Assembly (NCBI GenBank): GCA_951406725.2
Contig: OX597818.1
Span: 78,120,001-78,184,000 of the forward strand
Origin: Octopus vulgaris
Taxonomy: Eukaryota
Direction of reading: 5' to 3'
Length of the DNA: 64,000 bases
In this document: positions 1 to 62,697 of the stretch, in pieces
Position numbering within the stretch: position 1 is the first letter of the stretch
Layout: each line of letters starts with the position of its first letter
Translations under genes and position numbers: made by a program
Notes under the pieces: model-generated
The model's database searches: none
Told to the model about the DNA's origin: nothing
Seen by the model: only the letters and a program-made list of their open reading frames with translations

Positions 1-199
1 GGTATTTTGTCTGTCTTTACGTTCTGAGTTCAAATTCTACCAAGGTCGACTTTGCCTTTCATCCTTTTGAGGTCAATAAATTAAGTACCAGTTGCGTTCT
101 GGGATCGATATAATTGACTGGCGCACTCTCCAAAAATTTCAATAGAAAAGATATGTTCTCTGTTTTGAGAAAGATTGTAAATGTATTTGATTTTCTTTA

Positions 200-700
200 A
201 ATGAATGATATTCAGAATGTTTATTACTGAACTGATTTATGGTTGTACTGTTTGTTTACAGAATGTTCATGCCTTTTTATGACTATGGTTTACTAACTTT
301 TCACATATCTAATAACTTTTGTTTACAGACTGTTCACACTCCTAATAACTATTGCTTACAGAATGTTCATACAGCTAATATCCTGTATTTATGTAATATT
401 CACAGTTTACTAATTATGATTTGCAGAGTATTCACTGACATACAGTGATTAATGTTCACTATTACACCAATGATTGTTCACAAATTGTTCACTTTTTGTT
501 GTGATAATTGTTTACAGAATGCTCACTATTTTACTAACATTAGCTAGCATAATGTTCACTGCCATGCTGGTGATAGCCTACATATATTTTGCCTATGTTT
601 TATTGATTGTTTACTGATTGCTGACAGACTTCACCAATGTTATGATGATTGTTTACAGAATGCTCATAGTATTGCTAACAAATGCATCTATAACACTGTT
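200..700. repeat. Degenerate minisatellite, core GTTTACAGAATGTTCACT
   Basis: Recurrent motif at about 35-40 bp spacing. Confidence 0.65.
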
Positions 701-714
701 TAACTATTTTTGTC

Positions 715-1120
715 CTTTGGTAGCAACTGTTATTTCCTATTTGCTTAACCCTTGAAAGTATGAAAAATGGCTGATATTTCCTTCAAACTTTGCTTTTGTT
801 ACATTTGTTCAAATCCCAAAGAATCCTTTTCAACTCATGGTGTATGATCAGAGATGCACATGTCAGCTACTTGGTAATATGCTCAAGTGGTTAAGGTCAA
901 GCAACTGACAAGCAAATCTGTGGTACTGAGCAGAATATTTGCAATAATGATAATTCTGAAATTCAGCAGCTCAGCTGAATCTGTCTGAAGTGTAATGAAA
1001 AATAGGTCAGTTTCAAAACATTATTGTTCAGGTCACAAAAGCAAAGTCCGAAGGGAATAATAGTCATTTTCTTTGATATCTAGATAAAAGCAAATAGGAA
1101 ATAACACTTTCTGACCAAAG
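715..1120. mobile_element. TIR-bounded non-autonomous element
   Basis: CTTTGGT..TGTTATTTCCTATTTGCTT at the left end and AAGCAAATAGGAAATAACA..ACCAAAG at the right end. Confidence 0.55.
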
Positions 1121-2849
1121 ATGAAGAGAAAATGTTAAATGTTCACTACCTTGCTGAATATTGCCAGCAAACATTTCATTGATATATTATGAATTATTTC
1201 AAAATGCTCGCTTCATTTTTCTAAAAGCTGTTCACTTTTGCTGTTGAATATGCATAAATCTCTTTTAATTTACTATGTCAATTATAATATGGTTATTAAT
1301 GAAATATTTATCTTCTTTTACTTGTTTCAATCATTGGACTGTGGCCATGCTGTGGCACTACTGTAAAGTGTTTAATTGAATAGATTGACTCCAGTACCTA
1401 TTTTTTAAGTCTGGTACTTATTCTATCAGTCTCTCTTGATGAACCACTTAGTTACAAGAATGTAAACAAACCAACACCAATTGGCAAGTGGAGGGATGGT
1501 AGACAAACATACACATACGTATACACACAGTTTCCATCTACCAGATTCACTCACAGGGTATTGGTTGGCCTAGGGTGATAGAAAAAGATATTTGTATGAG
1601 GTGCTACACAGCAGGACTGAACCCCAAACCATGAGATTGCAAAGTAAGCTTCTGAATCACACAGCCATGACTGTGCCTATAAGGATGCTGTTTAAATGTT
1701 TACCAAATAATTTGATCTTTATCCTTTATGGCTATTGTGATAGAACTCATATTAGATAGCTGCTGCTTCTTATCACCTCCCTTAGGAGATACACACAACA
1801 CTATATTATTATGAAGACTTACCCATGTTGTTATACACTGCTAGTTACAATGCACTTCCTTGCCTTGTTATAGCTTTTGAATGAAGCTGCCTTGCTGGCT
1901 TGGCCGGGAGGCCAATATTCCTCATGAATGGAATGTCAGTCAATTACGTGGTTACCCATTTACAGCTGAGTAGACTGATGCAACAATAAATGATGGTTTG
2001 CTCAAGAACACAATGCCCTTCTGGTCTGGGAATCAAAATTACAATTTTGTGATTGTGAGTGTGTCACCCTAACCACTAAGCCACACACCTTCATTATATA
2101 TATTATAAAGGTATGATTCAGGGATCTGAGTGTAGGAAGTTTGTAAGCTTCAAGCAGCGAGTGGTCGGTATAAGACTGAAGATTCTTCTCAATTCTGCAT
2201 TTTATATGTGTGTATGTATGTGTTAATTTATGAGAGATAAAGAGATTGCATACTGTTTGTCTTAGAGAAATTCATAAATTAACATATACAAGACTCCACC
2301 TAATTCCCCCACTACAATTTAATATGGAGAAATAACAAGAGTTATCTCCCCATGGTACCTAATTATAGATAGTGGGACAGAGTCAGAGATACAGAAAAGT
2401 CTTGTTGTGTTATGACCTAGAGATGCTTATTCAGCCAGCTTAACAGGGTGTGTTCCAAAAATAGAGTAGCATTTGAAAAGATTTTACATAAAAATCTTAA
2501 TAGACAAATGGGACGTAGGATTTTTTTGGGGTTCCTTACAACCTACAGCACTTCATTGTCTTGAATTCTTCTGTCTATATTCTCTTTCTTTCTCCTGTAA
2601 ATTTAGAATTATTATTATTGCTGTTGTTGTTGTTGTTCTTGGTATAATAAATGTTGCTGGCAGTCTGTAAGAAGGAATACTTAGCAGCATTTCTTTTGAC
2701 TCTTTATATTTCGAGTTCAAATCCTGCAGAAGTCAACTTTGCATTTCATCCTTTTGAGATCGATAAAATGAGTACCATTTGAGCACTGGAGTCAATGTAA
2801 TCAACTACTCTCTTCTAGAATTGCTGGCTTTATGCTTAAAGAAGAGGGG

Positions 2850-2916
<67 letters not shown>

Positions 2917-3374
2917 AGAGAACAGTGCATGCCATCAAAGTGAAACTGGGGTAAAATATATGAAGCCCATCCATCATGTCTACCCATCTGATAAGGGTAC
3001 ATCAAGCAAATTCATCACAACCATATGTACATGACATGGTGATCTTATATCAAGATAAACAATGCATGATGTTGCAGGTGGGACCCAGTTAGAATTTTCT
3101 TCCAGTCTAGTACCCCATACCACTCAAAAGGTCCCTGAATAAGGGTTGTTTAAGGACATTGAATGAAACACCCAGGTTTCCAGAGGTGAATTATTCAAAC
3201 CCTAAAGAATTCCTCTCAACACATGGCTATGATGCTCCCCCCACTGCTTCTGCTCATGATCAGAGATGCACATATTGTCAGCCACTATGGGACATGTGTT
3301 ATTAAACAGAATATTTGCTGTAGCCCATCTTTTATACTGAGACAAAACATGGACATGATAACACTTCCAGTCAC

Positions 3375-3414
<40 letters not shown>

Positions 3415-3427
3415 ATTTGTGTTGTAG

Positions 3428-51378
<47,951 letters not shown>

Positions 51379-51589
51379 TCCCTTACAATTCTCTACTAAA
51401 ATCTAACTTGTTACTGAACTTTTTTACTGCTGTAAAATATACCGTATTTTCATCTCATCATGAGGTGGTCTGTAATATGTAAAACATATGTCCATGTATA
51501 TATTTCAGGTATTTCAGGTGGATAGCTGATTGCAATAAGGCAGTATGTTTGTGTGTGTGTATATGTGTATATATTTATATAAAACATGC

Positions 51590-53070
<1,481 letters not shown>

Positions 53071-54567
53071 ATAACCTTCTGGATCTATTTATCTATATGT
53101 GTCATTAATGCCACTGAGTGTTTATGTTAATATTACCATTAAATAAGGCAATGGTGTCACACTGATATACACCCTACTTTCACCATGTTTTAAAAATCTC
53201 AAATTCATTATTTTTTTCCAATCGACCAATAATCATTTGTCCCAATATTTTCTGCACAGCAAAAGTCTGTTGGTATATCTATAAATATATTTATTGATAA
53301 TTTTTGTTTTTTCATTCCCATTTTATTTATAATATCACTGAAACAAACACATACACACAAATACAAGAAGCATAGACACACATACAGAGATACTTGCATA
53401 CATACATATATGTACATTAAACAAATAAGCATTCTTGCAGAGGGCAGACACTATGAGTGAATCTATTCATGACTTTTGTTTATTTAAGCTTGTTTTTTCC
53501 CCCAAATTTTTGACTGAATTTTTAAAGTATAAAAAAAAATATATAAAATAAAATGTCAAAAAGATAAAAAAAAAATTGCTTTGTTTTAGTTGTAGCTGTC
53601 TTACCTTATATCATGTTTAACTCCTTTGTTACTATATTTCTTTTGAACTATGTTGCTTTATTTCTTTAATTTTGAAAATAATGAAGAATTTACTAAAATA
53701 ACTTTGTCATTATTTAGCTGGTACTTAGAACATAAATTAACACGAAATTTTGGTGGAGGATATTAATTTAGACCACTTTCATCACCATCTTCTTCATTTA
53801 GTGTCTCTTTTCCATGCTAGCATGGGTAAGATGGTTTGCCTGGAGTTGGTAAGCTAAGAACTGCACCAGGCTCCAGTCTGCTTTAGCTTGGTATCTACGT
53901 CTGGATACCATTCTTAACACCAACTCTACAGAGTAAACAGAGTCTTTTATGTGTCACTGGTATGGGTATCTTTAAGGTGGTAAGCTGGCAGAAACGTTAG
54001 CATGCTAGGCGAAATGTGTTGCTGTATTTCGTCTGTCGTTACGTTTTGCTGAGCTCGACTTTGCCTTTCATCCTTTCGGGGTCGATAAATTAAGTACCAG
54101 TTATGCACTGGGGTTGATGTAATCGACTTAATCCGTTTGTCTGTCCTTGTTTGTCCCCTCTGTGTTTAGTCCCTTGTGGGTAGTAAAGAAATAGGTATGG
54201 GTATCTTTTATGTGTGACCAGTACTAGCTATGACTAGGATTTCATTTAGCTTGACACGTCTTCTCAAGCACACCAAATTGCCAAAAGTTTTAGTCACTTG
54301 TCATCATCTCTGTGAGAGTCAACATTCCAAAATTCATATTTCATCACCTCATCCCACTTTAAAAAGGAGAAATTTGTATCATAGAACCAGATGCAATCTC
54401 AAGCAGGTTAGTATCAAAAAGGTGAGAGGAACATCAGATATATTTAACACATCTAATCATTCTCAATATGTCTGGCAGATTTGAATGTAAATATGCTAAT
54501 CACTGCTGTATTTCATCATCAGAGAATATCTCCCCACCTTTAGATAATATTTGTTCATAACACATGA

Positions 54568-54810
54568 TTAACTGATGTAAAGTGACTTTAAGAGACCAAA
54601 GTGTTTCTATCTCGTGTCTCCTTGGCCAGTTACCCCTTCCTGCATTGGATCAATAAATCTAACAAAAGTAATGGCTCTTGTTTAAAGAAATTAGCAAACA
54701 AATTATTTGCTAATGTATGCTGATGTCTGTCAAACTGATAATTTATGAGATGCACTGAGGAGACATAAGGTTGAAACACAATGGTCTCAAAGTTCCCTTA
54801 CATCATTAAG
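54568..54810. repeat. Diverged inverted repeat (about 60-bp arms) containing hammerhead-like cores
   Basis: Plus copy CTGAGGA-GAC-ATAAG-GTT-GAAAC-ACAATG-GTC at 54755-54786; related minus copy CCAAGGAGACACGAGATAGAAACACTTTGGTC near 54594-54625; downstream flanks also align. Confidence 0.5.
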
Positions 54811-55319
54811 TGTTACCTCGAATGATGATAAACAGCAACAATCAGATATTGACCCTCAAATCTACCAGAATATATTAAAGAATATGTACATCATTGCTTG
54901 GATTCTTGTTGTTCTGTGTGCATGTCACAATATATTAATTGTATATATTTTGCTGAAAGTTTCTCCTCATTGAAGTTTATGCTTTATTTCAGGGACCTCT
55001 AGGATTATAAAAGGGATTCTCTTATCTGTAGAAGAGAGCTTTCTGCTGGTCATACCAACAATAGTTGATAACTACAGGGTTATATAACTATAATTATAAG
55101 CAATATGGTAGTTGTAAAAAGATCTTTTGAAAGGTATCTGTGTATGTTTGGATAATACACATATTCTGTGGCCCCAGCTTCATTTAGCTGCCTTATCAGA
55201 TCTTCTGAAAACATTAATTATAACAATCTAATTTTTTAATTAGATAGAGAACATTTTTCTTATTTACTTTTTAAAACTAGAACAAACCCTCAAAAGTTAT
55301 GTTATCTTTTTCAAAGAAC

Positions 55320-55505
55320 TATTACCTCTGCCTTAGCAAAAGCAGAGGTATTGTTTTCAGTTGTATTTGTTTGTTTGTGAACAAGATATTTCAAGAACTG
55401 CTGGATGGATTTGGATGAAACTTTTAGGGATGTTTGGCCTCGTGACTGGTATGAACTGATTAGATTTTAAGATTGATCAAGTACCGGACAAAGATTCTGG
55501 ATTAT
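55320..55505 (+). mobile_element. Helentron/DINE-1 (HINE)-like non-autonomous element end
   Basis: Short hairpin TACCTCTGC...GCAGAGGTA, then (GTTT)n and GGATGGATTTGGATGAAACTT, resembling the HINE layout; recognised by eye only. Confidence 0.5.
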
Positions 55506-56845
55506 TTGTTGTATTCACTTTACATAAAGTATTATGGCCTTACATTGACTTTCAAGTCTTTCTCTGATTATCTCCTTTGAAAGCATGCTCATGGTTTCCA
55601 TGTTAGTTACGGTGGTGTTGTTGTTTCCAAAGTTTTCTTTTCTTTTCGCTATTATTAATTTTACTCATGTCTCTAACTCAGTAGAAACTGATGGATAAAA
55701 AAATCAAACTACATAAACAAACGACAGCAAAACCATTTAGAAATTAAATAATACTAACATATTCAGTAACAATAATAAATTTAATTTATCCTTGACAATT
55801 TCTAGTTTTACCAATTTTGAATATATCACTCCTGTTTAAAACTTCATACCTACTTGACAATTGCATCTCTAGCTCTGCCTTGAAGGAAACTTTACTTCTT
55901 GGACTCACATTTTTGTGTGCAACAATGTTGTCAAACCTCTGTTAACAGCACCATATGCATGTTCTCTCTGTTTTCTTTCATGCACAGATAAATTTTTAAC
56001 TATAGACCTTAATGGTCGTAAAGACACATATCAGTGGACAGAGTAAAAAAGTCCTCCATAGAGAAAACTACCCCTGTTCCCACTACAGATGATTCACACA
56101 CAGCATTACAAACATGGCCTGCACACCAACCTTCACATTCTATAACTACCATTTTCCAGTTTTTTTAATTTTTGAGAACAGTCGGGTTCATTTCAGATAT
56201 TTTCATTTTAAAAATCATCTCTGGCTAATCGTTGAGAGGACGTTGGTGTTGTCTTGGTGGAGGTTTGCACTCTATGAGTGCTTTTCTTTATTACTATATG
56301 TTGTGTAGCAAGATGTTGCATCTATGTTATGTGATGCTGAATGTTTATGTTGTATAGTGTCAGATTTTTGTGATAGCTGTGTTGTGTAGTGTTTGACTGT
56401 TGTGATAGTTGTGTTGTGTAGCACCTGAATGTTATGATGGCTATCTTGTAGTCTGTTGTTGTGATAGTTGTGCTTTGTAGCGTCTGGTTGTTGTTTTTAT
56501 GCCAGATGTTGAAAATAGATAATGAGTGTGTTGTGATAAAATTTAATTGAGAATTGTACTTAAAAAAGTTAAATTTCAAAAGAAATGCAATGAAAACCTG
56601 CTGGAGGCCATAAAGATATAAAATAGACAAGACTGTAATAATTTTAACGTTTAACAGGGCTGATGATAATTATTAAGCTACTTAGCAATCCCCAAATTGT
56701 TTTACTCTTTAGAAATCACAATCAGTATTACCCAGTTAGCAACCACAATTGTTCACCATTGACCACTCAGCAATTAACAGCAACTCCACTATATAATAAT
56801 TTTAACGAACATACATTAATTGTAAATAATAATTAGAATGTTTAA

Positions 56846-57036
56846 CCCTTTAAGTACAGTAATCATCCAGAAATGATTTACAGAAAGAGGGCTGAGCGAG
56901 AGAAGTTATCAATAAATACTGTTGACCATTATATCAATTTAAAAAATGATAAAAATTTGGTTTTAAAATATTAATTTTCACAATTTATTTTTTCATAGAT
57001 TGACATAGTGAAAGATTAGTTAGTGTGCTTGAAGGG
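56846..57036. mobile_element. piggyBac-type MITE
   Basis: TTAA-CCCTTTAAGTAC ... GTGCTTGAAGGG-TTAA. Confidence 0.7.
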
Positions 57037-57061
57037 TTAAAATAGTTTAGCTATATATATA

Positions 57062-58679
57062 CAGTTGTGGCCAAATGTTCAGAACGGCATTGTTTTCATC
57101 AGAAAAGTAGGTACAATTTTTTATCAAAGTTCTATTCTATAATTTTCACAGACAATAAATATGATATTATTTATTATTGTCTGAGATTCTGGTGTAATTT
57201 GAGAGGATAATACAAAAGTTATGGCTGATTTAGTGATTTACTGCAAAACTCATAGCAGCCAAAATGATCAGAATGGTTGAAAAAAAATAACAAAATAATA
57301 AAAAATGACAGAGAATACTGGAATTATTTAATATTTAGCATGAAGCCCTTTAGCTTCAATCACACTTTGACATCTTCAACTGCATGAGGAAACTAAATTT
57401 TCAATTTCTTGCTGGATGATCTTATTCCATTCTTCCTGAAGGGCATTCCATAATTGCTCGGTTGTTTTAGGATTTCTGGCTTTCAAACGTTCTCCTAGAA
57501 TATTCCATACATTTTCAATAGGATTGAGATCTGGGCTTTGAGCAGGCCAATCCATAACAATAACCTTTTCAGCCTTGAGGAAGTTCATGACCACTTTAGC
57601 ATTGTGACATTGTCCTGCATGAATATGGGTGGTCGCTTAGTTGAATTTCTCAGCACAGGCAAGACATGATCTTTTATAAGTTGTTCATAAACTCCTGCAT
57701 TTTACTTTCCATGTAATCACACCAAAGGGCCCACACCATCTCCAGATATCATCCCCCAAACCATGACACTTCCTCCACCGAATTTAACACTAGTCTTAAG
57801 GCATTTAGGCAACAATTTTTCACCTACTTTTTGACGAACGTACGTTTTCCCATTTGAGCCAAATAACATAAACTTAGATTCATCACTGAAATGCACCTTT
57901 TGCCATTTTTCTTGAAACCACAACACATGTTCGGTTGCAAAGGTAAGACGACACTTTTTATTCTTGGAGCTGATCAGTGGCTTCACTGCAGATGCTCTTG
58001 CTTGTAGGTCATGTTCAACTAAACGACGAGACACAGTTTTTCGAGATAAAATTTTCTTTAATACGATGCTCATTTCCCGAGAAACAGCAGCAGCAGTTTT
58101 AAATCTGTCCTTTTTAACCACCTTTACCATAGCACGATCTTCTCTCTTGGTCGTTTTTCTTGGCCTACCTGTAGACTTTCTTGCTTCACACGAACCACAA
58201 TCATCGTAGACCTTAAGAATACCATGAACAACACTTTTTGACTTGTTAACAATCTTTGCAATAGACGCAATACTTAAATTATCCTTCTTTCGAAGCTTAA
58301 TAATCTGCTGACGAATTGGTAACGGAGTAAGTGGCATTATATAAACAAAGTAGACTGCAGATATTCTTACTAATGTTTAGTAAACGAACTGTCAAGTAAA
58401 CAAATTCAAAACATTAGAGTTTGCCGGTTCAATATACTAAAACATGGAGTAAAAGCAACTGTTCTGATCATTTTGGCCGCCATGGGTTTTGCAGTAAATC
58501 ACTAAATCATCCATGACTTTTGTATTATCCTCTCAAATTACACCAAAATCTCAGACAATAACACATAATATCGTATTTATTGTCTGTGAAAATTATAGAA
58601 TATAAAACAAATTTGGTAAAAAATTGTACCTACTTTTCTGACGAAAACAATGCTGTTCTGAACATTTTGGCCGCAACTG
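57062..58679 (-). mobile_element. Full-length decayed Tc1-like (DD34E) transposon with about 210-bp IR/DR terminal repeats
   Basis: TA flanks; CAGTTG...CAACTG termini; long TIRs with inner and outer GCCAAA(A)TG(T/A)TCAGAA repeats. Transposase 58337 to 57328 with FSDESKF, FMQDN and WPAQSPDLNPIENVW; two TGA stops and one small deletion. Confidence 0.95.
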
Positions 58680-58727
<48 letters not shown>

Positions 58728-59132
58728 CAATAGGTGATACAACAATGAAGAATATCAATTCATATCTCTTTTGTTATCAGATTTTTATATTGTCTTTCAA
58801 TCATAATAACAATAATAATGATCAATAAAAGGAAGACAGAAAGAAGATGCATATATCATTTGTGTTTATATGTGTTAGTGTGCATATGTGTGTGTGTATA
58901 TATATATGTATGTATATAAGTTATTATAGCATAATCAATGTTTGAAATTGACTAACAACAACAATACATAGATATTCACATCATTGTAAATATATCTTGA
59001 GGAATTTCATAGAAAATATTTACTGCAATCACACAGAATCAAAAAAAATATATGCATATATTCATGTGTGTATAAGAGAAAAAAATGTACACCTAAACAC
59101 TAAGTGTATATATGAGTGAATGTATGAGTATA

Positions 59133-59180
<48 letters not shown>

Positions 59181-59501
59181 ACCTTGTTAGAGAAAAGGAT
59201 TTGTAAAAGAAAAATTGACACATACAAAAAATGGATATTATAAAATATATACTGGGTATAACAGTATTTTTAGTTAGTTTTATGTTAAGAATATAGCACT
59301 AAAAAACTAATTGCATTGGAGAACCAGTAAGGCTTTTCTTATGTATTTTTGGGAGTTGTCACCAATAAACAAAAATTATGCAAGATTTATAAGTTGAACA
59401 GTTTTAATAAATATCTAAATCTGTCATGGGGCTCAAATAGCAAGAGACAAGAGATGAAGCTAGTATAGCAAATAACATGAGATCAAGAGAAATAAACTGT
59501 T

Positions 59502-59839
59502 CATTATTTACATTTGACTGATATTTGTCCTCATCTTGTTTGTTTTGGCTGATATATCCTCCAGCCTTCATCAGGTATCTTGGGGGAAATTTCAAACCTG
59601 GGTTCTCATTCTTAAGATATTTTTCGATGTTATTATTATTATTCAGGTCACTGCTTGGAAGCAAACTCAGAATCTTGGGGTTAGTAGCCCACACTCTTAA
59701 CCACTATGCCATATACCAAGCCACCTGATGAAGGCTGGAAGGTATATCAGCCAAAACGTTGTGTTAACAACAAGATGAGGACAAATATCCATCAAATGTA
59801 AATAATGTACATAATTCCTCATCTCTTAAATATAGAACT
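59502..59839 (-). mobile_element. tRNA-headed non-autonomous retroelement with inverted hammerhead-like modules and a 13-bp TSD
   Basis: GAAATAAACTGTT at 59489-59501 and 59840-59852. Minus-strand head near 59641-59717 has A-box TGGCATAGTGG and a degenerate B-box. CTGATGAAGGCTG...CAGCCAAAAC occurs on the minus strand (near 59540-59575) and the plus strand (near 59725-59765). Confidence 0.72.
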
Positions 59840-62445
59840 GAAATAAACTGTTGTTTAGATCAGAAGCAACCTTAAACTAGCAAACCTATAGGCAAAAAGG
59901 TTTCAACAATCACCATTCTGTCTATTTGTATATCAAGGAATTTATTGTTCACTGCGTCCTTTTTTTAAGATGGTAGGGTGTAATTTAAGAGAGATGTGGT
60001 TTCTGTTTCTATTAAGTCAAGCAACAACATTGAGACTCTGCCAAGAAACTGAAATTCATTATGGTGATTTGTTCTATTATATTGATATTAGAATATATAT
60101 AAGCCACACTGCAGCAGTATTAAAGACAGATTGTTTCAAAGGATTGGTTCAGGAAGAGGCTTTGGATGTTGTTTAACTTCAGCTCAGTTCTAATCTATCA
60201 GATCAATGACTAATAATATTTGAGCAGTAATCAAATCAATGATATTCCAACAATAATCATAGCACTGACCAATGGTATTGCAGCTGAACTGTAGCCAAAT
60301 GCAGTCCAGCAAGGATCAAGTTTTTCTGACAACAACAGTATCAACTAGATAGTTGGATGAGATTTAAAGGAAGTTTGGCTGCTATTTCTAGCAAGATGAA
60401 TGACTAAACAGACAATACTCTCTTATTAGTTTTTTTTTATTAATTGTAAATCCATGTCACAAAATACATAGACTGGGTCAAATCGATGAGCTAAAGGTGT
60501 TTTAGTCAGCTTGTATGTTTAAACTAAAAAAAATATATATATTGATTAGAAAAACAAAATCAATGATCCTGTGAATAGACATGTGTGAAGGCATCATTTG
60601 CTGTTTAGAATAATACTTTAGAGGATAAACAGAAACATATCATTCAAAGTTAATCATATTTAATAGGGAAAATTAGGCATCAGAATTGTTTAATTTGGAA
60701 TAAAATTGTAGTGCTTCTTTTTTAATCTGTACTTCTCTGTGATTTTTTATTACATTGCTTCCTTACTTTTTGAAGGAGGAATGGTGAAGGGACTCTTGTC
60801 TCAATTTTTAATATGACTAATTAAATTATTGACAACCAATTGTAAATCAATATAATTTTGAGTTCATTCTTAGTGGTGTATACATTAGTATATGTGCACA
60901 TAGTTAAATGGTTGTAGATACAAATGAGGATATATTTGAGTGTGTGTATACACATGTATATATGTGTGTATGCATATATATATATATAGAGAGAGAGACA
61001 CATATGTGTATTTATAATTATGTATGCACATAGTTGTTGATACAAATGAAAATACATACAAATGATTATGTGTGTATATGTATATACACATTTATGTGTG
61101 TATGTATACATACACACACATAGGAATCTTAAATATCGTTGTAAATACTTTGATGAAGGAATACATTTTTTTTGAAAGAACATAGGGTAAAAGTTAAGAG
61201 GTATAATTAGAATTACCAACCCTATAGTAATGAGGCATCACATAAGAATATGAGATTTGGGCAAAATATAGAGTCTATATTTGCTTTCTTCATATAAAAG
61301 TTTTCACTTGTTAGTCTGGGTTGAAAAAAAAACTTCAGTTAGAAACGTTTCTTGGTAAGAGCTTTACTGATAAAATTATGTAGTCCATGGAAATACATCT
61401 GTGCACATTAAATCATGCACATGTGTACACATAAACACGTGTATGCGAGTGTGAATGTGTGTGTGCGTGTATAATAATAATCATGTAATGTCCACCTTCC
61501 ATGCTGGCATGGGCTGGACGGTTTGATAGGACCCTGCATCAGACTTTTGTGTCTGTTTTGGCAGGGTTTTTACAGTTAGATGTCCTTCTTACATATCTGT
61601 TAGTGGTCCATATGTCAGAAAAAAATCCTCACTAAAAGAGAAATTGAGCAGTTTTACATTTATATTGTTGAGCACTATATTCCTAGTTATGACATGTCGT
61701 CAATCAGAAAGTTACCAATTGTTGTTGTTGTTGTTGTTGTGTGTGTGTATGCACACACACACACACATTGGTTATGTCATAAGAATTTAGAAAATTCAAC
61801 ATTTTCTATCCAAAGGGCTTTTTAACCCAATATTTACATTCTATTATTTATAGCTTTATCAACTTCGAGTTAAACTGTTAAGAACTATGTGTGTGTGTGT
61901 GTGTGACTTATATGAAATTTTAAAATACAGTGATATATAATATTTGCCAGAATATACAAAACAGATGAATAACACAACAATAATAAAAACTTTTAGATGC
62001 AATAAAGATTAAATAAATTGTAGGATTTGAATGAAAGTGTTTCTTGATAAAAGAAAGCTTCTTTACCATGTTGTCTCATACAGAAAACATTAAAACAAAA
62101 GCAACAAAAAAACTCAAAAAGATGCAAACAACAGAATATTTGTTTGGATTAAAGGGTAGTTTTAGGAGAGTCAGAACCTTCTGGAAGGTTATGGACAGAT
62201 TAATTGCTAAAACTAATTAACCTTTTGCCTGTCTTGTGCATCACATGTGACACACACGGCATATTACCCTTGCATCCATGTGTCTTTTCAAGTGCCAGAC
62301 TAACTTGAGACTTATAAAAGAGAAGCTTTATATTACTCTGCATATATGAAACAAGGGGGCTAAATAAAAGTCTGAAAACAAGGATGGACATTCAGGACAC
62401 ACTAATGAAAATGCTTTGGACAGGTAAGAGATTGTAGCGTAACCT

Positions 62446-62697
62446 ATATCCCACTGTTTGAGAGATATATTAGAAATTATCACGTGTTAGATAACAACCA
62501 TCTTTGGCTATTTTGACCCTGTTGTGTCCACTGCTCTGATTGGTTGGCATTTGGTGCAGTTTGTCTTTTGACTTATTTTGCACCAATGTGTAAGCCAACC
62601 AATCAGAGCAGTCGACACAACAGGGTCAAAATAGCCAAAGATGGTTGTTATCTAACACAAGATCATTTTTAATATATCTCTCAAACAGTGAGGATAT
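62446..62697. repeat. Long palindrome, MITE-like (arms just over 100 bp)
   Basis: CACTGTTTGAGAGATATATTA...CTGCTCTGATTGGTTGGC is mirrored by GCCAACCAATCAGAGCAG...TAATATATCTCTCAAACAGTG. Confidence 0.9.

Noticed and set aside
55780-56110. Possible second Penelope GIY-YIG remnant (LCLE-like motif) with a downstream hammerhead
   Set aside because: Too degenerate; no intact CTGANGA/GAAA core could be built
59641-59717. tRNA-like sequences here and at 7920, 21113, 39486 and 48625
   Set aside because: Degenerate B-box and acceptor stem, fused to repeat bodies; these are SINE heads, not tRNA genes
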